Shown: in pieces, positions 37,451-49,750 of the stretch
How the letters are laid out: each line of letters starts with the position of its first letter
Numbering within the stretch: the first letter of the stretch is position 1
Source: Raillietiella orientalis
Taxonomy: Eukaryota
NCBI GenBank assembly: GCA_036172245.1
Contig: JAYWIR010000008.1
Span: forward strand, 4,030,001 to 4,094,000
Length of the DNA stretch: 64,000 nt
Reading direction: 5' to 3'
The notes under the pieces: model-generated
What the model was told of the DNA's origin: nothing
What the model saw: the letters and a program-made list of their open reading frames with translations, nothing else
Database searches by the model: none
Translations under genes and position numbers: made by a program

Positions 37451-39922
37451 CGGTGCTCTCTCTCTCTCTTTTACTCCTTCCCTCCTCTTCTCCTCCTCCT
37501 CCTGCGTTTCCTCCTTTCCATTCTCTCTTTCCCTCTCTCCTCTTCGCTGGCCCCTCTCTCGTCCAAGGGAGCGCCAGACGCGAAGGCGATCGTCACGTGA
37601 TCCCAGCAGTCGCTTGCGGTGGAGGCTGCGTCGTCCGCCGGCTTAACGTCTCGCGTCGTCGAATCGTTTTAATTGGCGAAGTCGGAAACCCTGATGACTC
37701 GCGCATTCCCGATAAGGCCGGTGGGGGCTGGGGTTGGGAAGGGGAGGGGAGGAAGGAAGCCCTGCTTAACCCGGTGGGGAGGACTTCCTCCCTACCGGGA
37801 GAGACTTCTGGCTTCTTTTCTCTCTACCGAAGGCTTGGCAGTTTGCGCGCGAGCACGAGTTCCACCCACGGTTGAAGAAGCTCTCCGTATAGCTGGCGAA
37901 GAGTCAGGAGCGGGCCTCAAGAAGAGGCGGGAGGGGAAAGAGAAGGGTTGGGAGGTCTTAAGGTCCGCGCACCTGCGCGCGTTCCATCACCTTGTATGTC
38001 CTTAGGAGGGTCCTCCCAGGACGTCGGCGGACTTGCGCTTGGGACTCCAGACCTTCTCCTGCAGAGAAGTTCTCCGTTCCCGAATCCTTTTTGTTTTCCT
38101 TTTTTGAGAATAATGAGGGTTCCCGAGAGGCCATCGAAGTCTCGGACGGTCCTTGGCTCAATCCTCGGTGGGAAAAGGGGGAGGGGAGGAACGACCTGAA
38201 CTACGCGCACGCGCCTCCAGCCTGGAGCGGCCAGTAGTGCGGAGGAGGGAATGCTGAGCGCTCCGTCCGTTCCTAAGCGACGATCCGCAGGGTTGGCTGG
38301 TCGCCTCCTGCACCCGTTGGTATCTGCCGTGCTTCCCTCACGATGAGGAGGCAGGGAAGGGAGGTGTTTCGGGGAGAGGAGGGGCATCTCTCGAGGAGGA
38401 GCCGAGCAGAGCCCTCGCGCCCTCGGGTGACGTCATCCTTGAGCGAGCTGTCGTTTAACTACGGCAGGGCGTCTCCACAGACGGTGCTGCTCTTGGCAGC
38501 TGCTGCTGGCCAAAGGCGAAGGGGGACAGCAGGGGGAGGCGCGGGTACTTCCTTAGTACCCAGTGTTGGGGTACTAGGCTAATGAGGAACTTCCGGGTCA
38601 GAAACCAGGAAGGTTCCTGCGCGCCCCTTCCAAGCTGATTTCGTGGCCCCTGTAGAAGGTGGAGGCGCTCCTGTAATGAAACTGAACTCCCGCACGTCCT
38701 TCATCCCTTTTCGTGTTGTCGACTGCATCAGCACGGCCAGACGCTCTCCCGTGGCTGCTCCGGTAGTCTCGCGGGGAAGCAGGGGCGATCAGGAAGAACA
38801 AGATTGAGGAAGGAGAAAGCGACCCATGTCTTTCCCGGCATGGTGAAGACGAACCACGGGGTTGTGGGCGCCGGAGCTGGTCCGGAATCAGTTGCTGCTG
38901 TAGTGACCCCCGAATGGACGATGGGATGCTGCAGGAGTCGAGCGGGCTCCTGTTGTTCCGCGTCTGATTCCGCGTAATTTCCGGGAGAACGGAGGGGAAG
39001 ACGAAGGGCAAGGAAGGAACGGTGACAACGAATGCACGGCGGATGTGCGACTCCGTTCGTTTCCGAGGCAACGGCTAGGTAGTTGCCGCCCTGGAGAGAT
39101 TATGCCTCCGCGCCTCTCCTCGGAGATGGCCACCACCGCCACCACCTCCTCTTCCACTTCCCACTCGTACTCGCGGGCTCACGAAGAAGTGGAGCAGCCG
39201 GCCGGGGTAGCCAAATCCCACGGCCGCGAGGAGCGCTCCGCCGAGAGGTCCTGGACCTTGAGGGACTTCATCTGCGCGCCCATTCGGAAGCGCCGGCTGC
39301 TGAGGAACTTCCGGTGTTATTTTAAGACACTTCTGCAGCTCTGAAGCTGCGTTGGCCGCGAGCAGGGTAGGCGTGCGTTCCAGAAAGTTCCCCAACGGGA
39401 AATCGATTTCGCCGCCACCGAAGAAAGGGGAACGCAGAGCGGGCGCCGATTTCCCTCTCCCAGCACCCAGAGCGGCTGCGACCCTGCACTTGCGGGGTCA
39501 AAGTCCCTGCCTCCTCCCCCTTCCCTCTTACATCGCCTTGGTTCCCGCCGGGAAAAACCTTCTCCCTCTCACACACACACACACACCACCACCACCGCGC
39601 GAACATACCCCGAACTCTATCCTCGTGCCGCGGCGGCAGCCGCTACCAACGTGGGTGCTGCCTCTGGAGAGGCGGCACCCAGGCCTAGGGCCTGGCTCTT
39701 TTGCGTTCCCCCGGCTCTCTTGGTTGCCAAGGAGAGGACTCGAGCGTGCGTTTCCGTTTCCTGCTAAGAGAGCTGCAGAGAGAAGGGGGGGGACAAACAA
39801 ACAAATAGGAAAGGAAAAGCAAAAAAAAGGAGAGGAGGGGGAAGAACCGAGCCGTTGGCTCCTTCCCGCAGAGGGGGGAGTGAAGCGATTCGGTTGGCCA
39901 GTGCCGTGATCAGCGGTTGCCC

Positions 39923-39944
39923 CGCGCGCGCGCGCGCGCGCGCG
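39923..39944. repeat. (CG)11 dinucleotide tract
   Basis: Directly visible in the sequence. Confidence 0.95.
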
Positions 39945-42774
39945 GCTTCGAGGCGTCTTGCGGAGATCGTGAGCCGGAGAGGGCAGCGAAGGTGGACGCA
40001 CTCAGCGCCTCCGGGCTGTCGCTCTCCCTCGTCGCGAGCGCGTGCGTCCCCCGTTCTCTCCGTTCCCAAGGCGGCGGCGGCAACGTCCCGACGGCGGACG
40101 ACTCCCCCGGAAAGCGCGGCCGTGGCGTCGTGCAATGGAATGGGAGCATCGGGAGAGCGGGCCCCTTCCCCGCGTTTCAAGACCTCTCTTCCCTTGCTCC
40201 CTTGCTCCCTCCCTCCTCCCTCCTCCTCCCCTCGACTCTGTCCTCCTTCGCTCGCGTCTGCGGGTCATCTCCCACAAACGTGACGGCGCACGAGTCGTCA
40301 TCGTGCCAGGCCAGCTCTCTCTGCAGGGGGGGAACGAAGGGTCAAGAGGGGGAAGACGGGATGCGAGAGACCGCCGGCTGCAAACCGGGAAGGACTGCCT
40401 GCTGCTTGCACGTCATCCCGCCCCCGTTCCGTCGCCCTAGGTGACGAGACCGGCGGACACGTCCGGTATCCTTTCCTCCCCTTCCACACACCCCGGCCAG
40501 CGCGGAGGGATCAGTGCAGCCCGAGCCCCCTCCATCCTCTCTCTGCCGGGAAGACCTTTGGCTGTCTCGTGGTAACCGGAAGGTGGGAGAGCGGCGAGAG
40601 ATGGCGCCTCGAGGATTCGCGGACCTGAGACCTCGGAGGCTCTCTCCGTGCTCTCCGTGAGAATCCCTGCGCCCCTCATCCTTCCCTTTCTCGCCGCTCG
40701 CATCCGGCTGGTCCAATCTTCCCTTCCCTCCTCCACCCCTCCCCTTCGTGCTCCTCACCTAAGGATGCCCGCGATTTCGACTTCTTTTCCACGGGAGAGA
40801 GAGCAAAGCGGAGGAAGCGGAAGCTGCCGACGTCTCTGCCCCCGGGGAGCGTTTCGAGGAAACCGCCAGGAGATGAGTCGCCCACTCCCGACACTCGACC
40901 ACTTGACCAGGAGCCGGTCGAGAGACTGCCCAGCGGGTCAGACGACGCGGGTACGGGAGACAGGGATCGAGGAGGGCGACAACGCCTCCGGGGAACGCCG
41001 GACGACCCGTCCCAGCACTGGGAAGCCGAAAGGGCAATCCCCTTGGGAAGAGGCTGGAGGGACGGAGGGGGAGGGTCCGGGAGCTCGCTGGGGCTTGGCT
41101 TCGTGCGTCCGGAGGGGGGACGCTGACCGACCCGTGCAAGAGAGGCAGAATTCGGCCCTCGATACGCGTCGTTCGTCCCGGGTCTCGGCGGCGAAGGGCT
41201 CCGGGGTCGAACTCTTCCTCCGGATTGGCATGGATACGGACCACGACGCGGGAGAGGGGGAGGAAGTGGGGGAGGTCACTCGAGCTGCTTCTCGGTTACT
41301 CCGCCGACTCTCGCGGCTCAGTCCACGGGTCGAGCTGAGCGCGACCCCCCATGCTTCCCCTGAGAAGAAGGGGGAGGACGCCTAGCGGACTCTCCCCATC
41401 GGACACTTGCGGCACCTCCTGCCCGAAAGAGAAGGGGGAAGGAGGGAGGAAGCGTGGAGTTGGGATGGCTGGAGAAGAGGCCTCCTCCCCCCGACCCTGG
41501 CAGGGGGAGGGTCCTCGTTCGTGGAGAGGACTCCCCGTCTCGAAATGGAGGCGGGTGGAAGGGGCAGTCTTGTCTGGCCATCGGTGTGCCCTCCCCCCCC
41601 CATCCTCACACCTGCCTGGGGCATCCGACCGCCGAGCAAGGCAGCCGGGGTGCCTGCCCTTCTCCTCACGGGCCGTGGAGACTGGAGCGCAGCGCGCCAC
41701 CGGAATCATGTTATCGCTCCTTTCGTTTGTCTGCTAGCAGGAGGGGGAGGGGGGAGATGAGATTAGATCGGCAAAAGCTGGGAGGAGGGTGGGTGAGGAG
41801 CGTCCGCAGCAATCGCGGGGGAAATCCCTGTGCCCCTCTCCAAAGAGCAGGAAAAGAGGTCGCCTAGCAGGAAGGGAGGGAGTGGACCGGGAGGGACGCC
41901 AGCCACAGGTCTTCTTGGAATGACCTCCGCCTGATCGAGCTCCAGGGATCCCGGCTTCCTCTTCCTCCTCCTCTTGTAGTGGTTTCCCGTTACTGCGTCA
42001 CGGGTTCGCCCGTCCCTTTTTCCCACTTCTCCACAGCGACACCGTAGATAGGATAGCCCCGTTTCGATCGCCTGGATTTTTCCCTGGCTTCCGGTGCTGA
42101 CCGCGGACCTCTCGCTCCCGGGGAAGCGGCGAGAGAGGCCGGAAGAGACAGGAGACCCGACACCCGGATGTACCGGGAGGTACTGTGCCCCGCCTCCTCG
42201 CGCCGAGTTTACGGGAGCACAAGAGGTCCCGCGGTCGGACGCGCTGCCACGGCGAGGAGGGAGGAAAGGTCGACTGATCCCTTCTTCCTCCGCCGGGAAG
42301 TCCGTCGCCGTCACTGCTTCCGGGTGGCCCAGGCGACGAAAGGAAGGGAGTGCTTTGCTTGGCGACCGATGCGCAGCCCTTCGGCGCCAGATCAGTCGGG
42401 GGTGATCCCGCGCGCGCGCGCGGACGGGCCACCCCCCGTGGCGGCGTCGGCGTCCGACGTGCAGCGTCTCCGGAAGGAGGAGGAGAGCTCCGTTCGTTTC
42501 TCTCATCCTCTCCCTCCCTCTTCCCGTGTCCAGCACGCCAGAAGGCAGAAAGAAAGAAGGAAAAAACGAACGCGCGCACTCTTTTGGCCGTCGTGGCCGT
42601 GGCCGTGGCTGCCGACGCCGCCCGTCGTCATGGCCATCATCGCTGCCATTACCGCCATGATTGCCGTGTCCTGCTTCCCTCCCCCTCATCATCACCGCGA
42701 TTAGCGCGACTCCAGCGCGCGCGATCACGTGGCAGAGCCTCGAGAGCGGGTTCTCGAGTGACGTCATCATCCCG

Positions 42775-42801
42775 CGCCGCCGCCGCCGCCGCCGCCGCCG
42801 C
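42775..42801. repeat. (GCC)n microsatellite
   Basis: Directly visible, ~9 units. Confidence 0.95.
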
Positions 42802-43899
42802 ATGCTGCCCGCCGTATCCCAGCTGCGGGCCCTCGAAATAGCGCCGTCGTCGTGCGAGAGCAGCGCAACCGATCGTTTACCTAGCGCCGCTCGCTCGCGC
42901 ACGCCACGGGACCGCCTGATCTCACCGCCCTCCTTTCTCGTCGGGCCGAGAGGGACAGGAGCGCGGAAACCTCCTCCTCCTCCTCACTGTTCTCTTCTGT
43001 CGCTCCTTCCTTTCTTCTTCAGGTGGGCCCCATTGTTTCATGGTGGTCACCCTCGAGAGGTCCTGGATGGTCTCGGCAACCAGACGTGAATCCCCTCTCC
43101 GTCCTTCCTCTTCCTCCTCCTCTTCCTTCTTACTCTTCCTCCTCTCACCTCTTTCTGTTGCCCTTCGTCCACCTCATCATCCTCGCCCTGCTTCCTCTCT
43201 CCTTGGCGGATCTCTGAGAGTCGCTGGAAGCGAACCCGCGGAATCCGAAATGCCTGGCATCCCTCCTGGATGAGGATCGACGTTGTCCATCCTTTTTGCC
43301 TCCTTCCGCTCCCGCTTTCTCGCGCTTTCCGTGCGCGTGGGTCCCGGGCTTCCCGGAAACTCATCGCCTCGCGACCAAGGAGCAGACGCAGCTGGTCGCG
43401 CGGACGACCTACCGGCGCAATGGGCTTACGCCGTCAGAGGAGGCTCCGCCGCCACGAGTGACCCCACCTCGAGAAAGGGAAGGAGGAAAGGAGAAGGGGC
43501 CTTCGGGAACGTTTCACCCTGTCTTCCGCCCCTTGGCTTCCTCCCGGCTGCTCACCACCCCGCTGACGGTGAAGACGCCGAGGTCTTCGGTTGCCACCAG
43601 TCGGCAACGGGACGTTTCCCCGAACGCCCCACGGAGTTGTTACCCATCCTCCTTTTTTCCAGGGATCGTCAGGAAGGGAGGGGGCAGCTGCGAGCACTTC
43701 TCCCTCCTTCTTCTCTCTTCTCTCGCTCCTTCTTCCTTCCACCTGCAACTGTAGCCCTTCCTGGAGCAGGAACGTCCTTCCAGTAGAAAGGAGAGGAAGG
43801 ATCACTCCTCAGGACATTGGATCCGGGGACTCCTTCGGTGAGCAAGGGAGTGGGGGTTGCAGGGGCGAGACGCCGCCAGCAGGGTTTCCCTAGCTGGTC

Positions 43900-44100
43900 G
43901 CTCGAGGGGATGCCGGGGGCAACGGGCGCACCGCTTGGAGGCCTTGGATGCAATCCTGCGCTCCTCCTGGGACACCGCCGGCAGCCTCTCCGGAAGTCCA
44001 GCAGGAAGAGTCAGGAGGCCGTCCCGGACCCTCTCACGTGCGACCCTCGGCACGGACGGAGAAAACTCTCGCGTCGAGCTGTTTACCTTCCCGGTGATCG
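43900..44100 (+). pseudogene. Possible family X fragment
   Basis: DAILRSSWDT...GSPAG resembles CAALRxLWxR...GTPGG. Confidence 0.25.
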
Positions 44101-47100
44101 CTCCCTCCTTCTCCTTCCCCGTACCCCACTGGGGCTGACAGCCGAGACCGGTGGTGGTTCCAGGATCGCGGTCACTCTCCCACCACCACCTCTTCCGCAA
44201 GTCCGCCTGCAGGCTCCACGTTCCAAGGGAGCCCACACTCCGCGAAAAAGCGAACAAGGTGTCTCTCCTGCCTCCCTCGCCACCCCCCTCCCCTCTTTCC
44301 TTCCGTACCACTGGAGAGGACACGGTACTTGGAAGGAAAGGGGGAGGGAGGAAGAGAAGAGGAATGCGCGCAAGACTTGGGGAACGGCGGAATCGCCACC
44401 GCCTCCACAGGGGAGGGCGTAGCGCTTCCCTTTCCTTTCCTCTGGACCACCCTTCCACCGTCCTGCAGAAAGGAGGGGGCGTCCTCGAGACCCTCCTGGA
44501 AGGCAACCACCTCATCCGGAAGACAAGGAGCCCGCGCCGTCCACGTGCGCGGAGACGCGGTGGAGGGAAACCCTCGCTACGTACACGCCCCCCGAGAGAA
44601 AAGGAAGGCCCACCCCCTCCTCTCCCTACAACGGGTCGGAAAGACGAGGCGAGGAGGAACAAGGAATAGGGTTGACGGAATCAAGGAATAAGACAATCCT
44701 GAGGGCTTCCTGACGGACAGAAGAGGAAGCGGGAAGAGGAGGAGGCTGGGGTCAGCTGCGGCGCCAGAATGGGAGTGACGATCACGGAGGGCGGCAGCCG
44801 ACGGCGAGGACCAAGCAGAAGGGAGGCGGAACGGGACAGGGAAGGAGGATGCGAACGGAACAAGGGAGTCAAGATGCCCCCTAGCAGTGGCTGCTTCCTC
44901 CCCCTGACCCCCTGCCAAGGACCAGTCGTTCGCTTCGGCCACTCCTTTACGGTCAGCCACTGGACCCGAGTGCTCCGCAAAGCCTCCCTTCCCCTCTTCC
45001 TGCTTCCACGACACTTCGATACCCCCTCTCCTCCCCGATCAATGCTGTGTCCCGAGACCCCCAACGCCTAGTGTAGCCTTTGGCGGAGGAGACGACTCCT
45101 GGGATCTTCTCCTAGGGGCTCTTCCTCGGACCTTCTCCTTCCGGATGGGAGCTGCGACGTTCCCTCGGAGCTGCCCCGCTTCCGCCATCTTCCCTCCAGG
45201 TCCCACCCTCCGGAGGCGAGGTGTCTGATGACTCCAGTGAGAGGGGGAAAGGAGGGGACGCCTGGAAGGAAAAGAACGGGGTGGAAGTGGCGCCGAACGA
45301 AGGGTGAGTGAAGCTCCCTTGTGTTACCCCGCTCCCATTCCTTCCCGCCCTCTCCATGGGGAAGCGGCGGAAGGGGACAGGTACGGCCCCCCGGGACGCA
45401 AGCCACTGCTCGTGGAGCAGCCTCTCACCTGCTGCTTTTCCTCCTCTCCATCTCCTTCCTCCTACCGCCGTTCACCCCGACCTACTTGCGCTTCCCCTTC
45501 TGACCGACATCCGTCCCTTTCCTCTCTTTCCCCCTCCCCCTTTCGCATCGCTCCTCCTAGGAGGCCTCCCTGCCGGCGTCATACTCCCCTGTCGCCTCCA
45601 AGCTCCTCAGTTACGAGGATTGCGCCCCTCTGGCGCGTGAGTGGGGGAGACTGCCCGCCGGCATCCATGCCCTTGGCGAGGTAAGCGCGCGCGCTGTCGG
45701 CACCGAAGAGCCTCACGGGCACGCGACGGAGGAGCGGGAGCGCCCCGTCGCCGAGCGCTTGAGCGAGGATTGGGGAGGGGAAGGGGCGTGCTCCGATCTT
45801 CCCCTTCTCCCTCCCCCTCCTCCCCGAGAGAGGGCTCCAGGATTGCCCCTGTGATGGCACTCTCTCCACGGGCTCGGGAAAGTCGCCCCGAACCGCCTGA
45901 GGGGCGCCGCTGGCTTCGTTGCTGCGCGCGAGAGCCGACTACTGACCGGGGTCTCCTACACCTCGGGGAGCGACCCCTCACTCGAGGGACCTCGCCCTTT
46001 CGGGTAAGGATACCGCGAAAAGAGAAGGAAGGGAGTGTGCGGGTCCCTCGCTTCCTCCTAGAAACGCCCACGGGGGGGGGGGGGGTCCATTCCTCACCCG
46101 GTGTCGTCTCCCGGGAAAGGTTGGCGCCAAGATCGGATGCTCCCCGGATGTGGTGGCAGAGGTCGGGTCCCTGAGGGAAGTGGGAGGTGTGACGGGGCGA
46201 AAAGGGAATGGGGAGGTCCCCGTTCCCTGCTGGCGGCGCGGGCGTGCGTCGACCGACCGCCTCCCGAGCGGCAGGCGCGCGACGCGGCTCCTGCCGCTCC
46301 ACCGCTTCTCGCGCGCGCGGGCTGCTGCACCCCCTGCAGGCGCCGAGGCGACGCCGAGCGGCCGCCAGTCGCGTGAGGTTCGTGCGAGGAGCGACACGCA
46401 GGCTGAGTGCTTCCCGCCCAGCGCTTCTCGCCGACGTCTTCGGCCCGCCCCGGCCAGCAACGGAGGGCCCAGGATCCCTTCCCTAACCCCCCCTTCCGCC
46501 TTCCCCCTTGGTGCAAGGCGCCCGCCCGCGCCTGCGTGAGAAGCGGGCGGACAGAGGCGCCCCCACCGCCGCCGCCTCCGACCGAGAGCGCGCGCCCTGG
46601 ACCCGGGCGCCTCTCTCCTCCAGCCGTCCCGGTTCGCCCACGCCCTTCCGGGGAGCGGCTGCTCTCCCTCCTTCCCACCCCGACTTCGCCTTGTGTTACC
46701 CTCCGTCGGTCGAGCCGGTGGGAGAACCCGCGCGCGTGCGCGTGCGGTATGTGACGCGTCCCCGCGGACGGCGTGGTCCACCCGAGGAGGAGCAGAGAGG
46801 AGGAAGAGAAGCCTCACGAGCGAGGGCCAAGATGGGAAGATGAGGTCCTCCCCAGCTCCCTCGCTGCCGTTGTTGCTGCTGCTGCTGCTGCTCCGCCTCT
46901 TCCTGGAGGCGGTGTCTCCGGGCAGGACCTTCGTTGCCGGGACAGCTGCGGCGGCGCCCCGCGAAAAGTTCCTACCCAGTGCGGAGGAAGCTGGTAAGTC
47001 CTCTCCGTCCCTGGATCCACCCTTTCCTCCCCCTCAACCGCCCCCGCCTCCTCTCGAAGCAGAGCTGGGGACCCAACGGCGGCGATATCCCGTTGCCAGG

Positions 47101-47218
47101 CCGGTCACCTCGCGGCGGGGGTAAATGGAGCCCGCGGACGGCCTCCCGTGATATCCCGCCCTCTTTCCCGTGCGCCCTCCAGTGGGAGCCCGAGCCGTGC
47201 GGGGTGACGGGATGCGGC

Positions 47219-47254
47219 AGGAGGAGGAGGAGGAGGAGGAGGAGGAGGAGGAGG
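47219..47254. repeat. (AGG)n microsatellite
   Basis: Directly visible, ~12 units. Confidence 0.95.
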
Positions 47255-49707
47255 GCCGCAGGAGGTCCCCTCTCCCTTCCCCGCCGCAGGAGGGACGAGT
47301 GAAGACTCTCTGCTAAGAGTGATCCTCGTGCTTCCTGGGAGGCGGCCGCGCGACGGCCATTGCTCAGGGAAATACCGCCGACGATGCCACCACTGTCTTC
47401 CTCCCCTTCTCCCCTCTCCTTTTCGGCGATGGGGAGATGGGGGGAGGGGAACGGTCGGGGAAGTTTCCCCTGGGACGAGGTCTCATCTTCCTCGACAGAG
47501 GATGAAACCAACGGAGGCGGGAGAGGGGGGAGAGGGCGAGTCCTGGTCCACCTGGGACGTCCGTCCTTCCGTCTGGGGCGGCGGGTCCGTTTTCCCTCCC
47601 GTCCGGGAGAACCTCTCGTTAGGGATTTCCGGCGCCGGGACGTCCCGTGGCGGCCTGGAGTCAGCGCGTGCCGAGTCTTGCAGCCGCCCCTTTTCCCCCT
47701 GCTTTCTCCCCGTCCCTTTCGGGACGGGCGCGCTCGAAGTCGTTTCCCTGCACGCGGCGCCGCTGCTCCCTCTCCCCCTCCTTCCCCCCTGCCTCCGTCG
47801 GGGAGCCTGTCCGAGTCCCAAGAGGCGCGTCCGTCGTTATTCCCTTCCTCCCTCCCTCCTCGTCCGTCGCTCCCTGCTTCCCCTTCCCTTTCCGGAAGGA
47901 AAACCGACACGAGGCGCCCTCCCTTCCTTTTTCCTCCCGGAGAGCGCATCTCTCTTGGGCACTGCCCTCGCGCACGTGCGATTCCTTGGGCCGGCGGGCG
48001 GCCGACCCAAGGAATCGCGCGCAAGATGGCCATCTGGCGGCGTCCCTCTGCTTCTGGTTCCCCCGCGGCAGCGTGTAAGGACCGCGCCGTCGCCCGCCGC
48101 TCCCGGAGGGAGTTCCCTACGGACCGGGCGTTGCTGCCTCTCCTCTCCCGCTCCTGCTCCACGTGCGCCTCGTCGCTCACCTGCGTGCGCGCAGCCACTC
48201 CGGGTCTCCGCGCCAGCGTCGTCCGAGAGAATAGGGGGGGGGGGGGGGGGGAAAGGCGGTCACTGCCTCCGGCTTCGTCGGCAGCACTCTTTCCGCCCCG
48301 TCCCTCACACCGCAGCACCCCCCTTCACCCCTCCACGCCGCCGCGCGCCGAAACCTGCACCGAAGAGGGTGCCATGGGAACTTGGCGCCTGCGCGCAGAC
48401 CGAAAAGTCAACGCGCCGGGCCTTTCTCCCCCCCCCCCCTCTCCCCTTCCACGTCGAGCTGCATCAGGGAAGCCCTCATCTTTCCCCTCGTGTCACCCGG
48501 CCAGCGTCTCCTCCCGTGTTGCTGGTGTTGTTCTGTTCTCCCTTCCTCCCCTCCCCCATGTTTTGACGGGCCTGCCCGCAGCGCGTTCGGCTCCGGGTTT
48601 GCGCGCGCGCATTCCTGCCGTCGCGAGGTGCGCCTCCTTTCGCCGTCGTCCGAGAAGCGAGAGGGATTTATCCGGGAAGCTCCCGCTGAGAATGTTTGAG
48701 CACGGGTCGTTAGGAATTTCCCCTCAGCTTGTTCGAAAATTCAAAGTACATCTGGATTTATTGTGTGCGTCGCCCCTTCCTCCCTCCCCCTTCCCTTTTC
48801 CACAGTTCTCCTCTCCCCCTCGCCATCCTTTCTTTTTCTTGCTTCCTTCCTCCTCCAGCCATCGCCCCGGCGCTCTTCCAGTTACCGGAGGATCCTGATA
48901 ATCAGTTAAGAATTCTCTTGTCATGCTCGTTTATAATTCCATCTCTCTTCATCGCGGATGATGATGAACGTCGCACGGGAACCTCTCCTCTCGCGGCTGC
49001 AGCCCGGGGAGACACCACGCAACACGCACCAACACGGAATTCTAGACCGCGGAGGGATTTCTCATGTCAGATGGGAAAATATTTGTTTTACTGGAAGCGA
49101 TTGTTTTTGCGTCAGGGAATGAGGAGGACGGGAGGAATTCGCTGCGGCCGATGAATTTATCGCCGCTCTGTGTCACACACGTACGGTTCCATTGCGCCTA
49201 GAGCGTTCGTGAACTTTTGTCAGATATCGCAACATTTCGTTTGATCGCGACGTTCTGCATGTGTGGTTCAACAGCTCTTAATTCGAAAATTCATCCGCCG
49301 AACGCTCAGAGGATTTTTCTTTTCCGTTTTTTTCCCTCTCTCTATGGACCTCCTCCTCCTCCCCCCCCCCTTTTTTTTTTCGAGAAAAGGGGGGAACCTT
49401 GCGTATTTTTGAAACCGCATTTTAAAAATGTATTTATTCGGATGAGGAAACCAGGGAAAAAGGAAGATGAAAAAACTCGTGTGCCTCGCCGATATCGAGT
49501 GACTGAAAGATTTAAAACATGTTTGTTTACGTCGGAAGATTTTGTTATTATCAGGAACTCATCTGCGCGGTGCCGAACGCGCGCGGGAACCCTGCGTGAT
49601 CGTTGCCCTGGTGATCTCGGGAAGCCATCCACTTGATGCCATTGTTGAGCGACAGTTTGTTCCGCACGCGCAGGCGCGCGCTTGCGTGCGTTTGTGCAGT
49701 GCCAGTG

Positions 49708-49750
49708 CGTGTGTGTGTGTATGTGTATGTGTGTGTGTGTGTGTGTGTAT
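49708..49750. repeat. Interrupted (TG)n microsatellite
   Basis: Directly visible in the sequence. Confidence 0.95.

Noticed and set aside
38583..39314. 14-bp direct repeat TGAGGAACTTCCGG as a target-site duplication
   Set aside because: A single short match with no terminal repeats or tail inside it; cannot be distinguished from chance.
46972..48898. Long overlapping ORFs (448, 415 and 512 aa)
   Set aside because: Pro/Arg/Ser/Gly-rich and open in several frames and strands, as expected from high GC and low complexity. No domain recognised.
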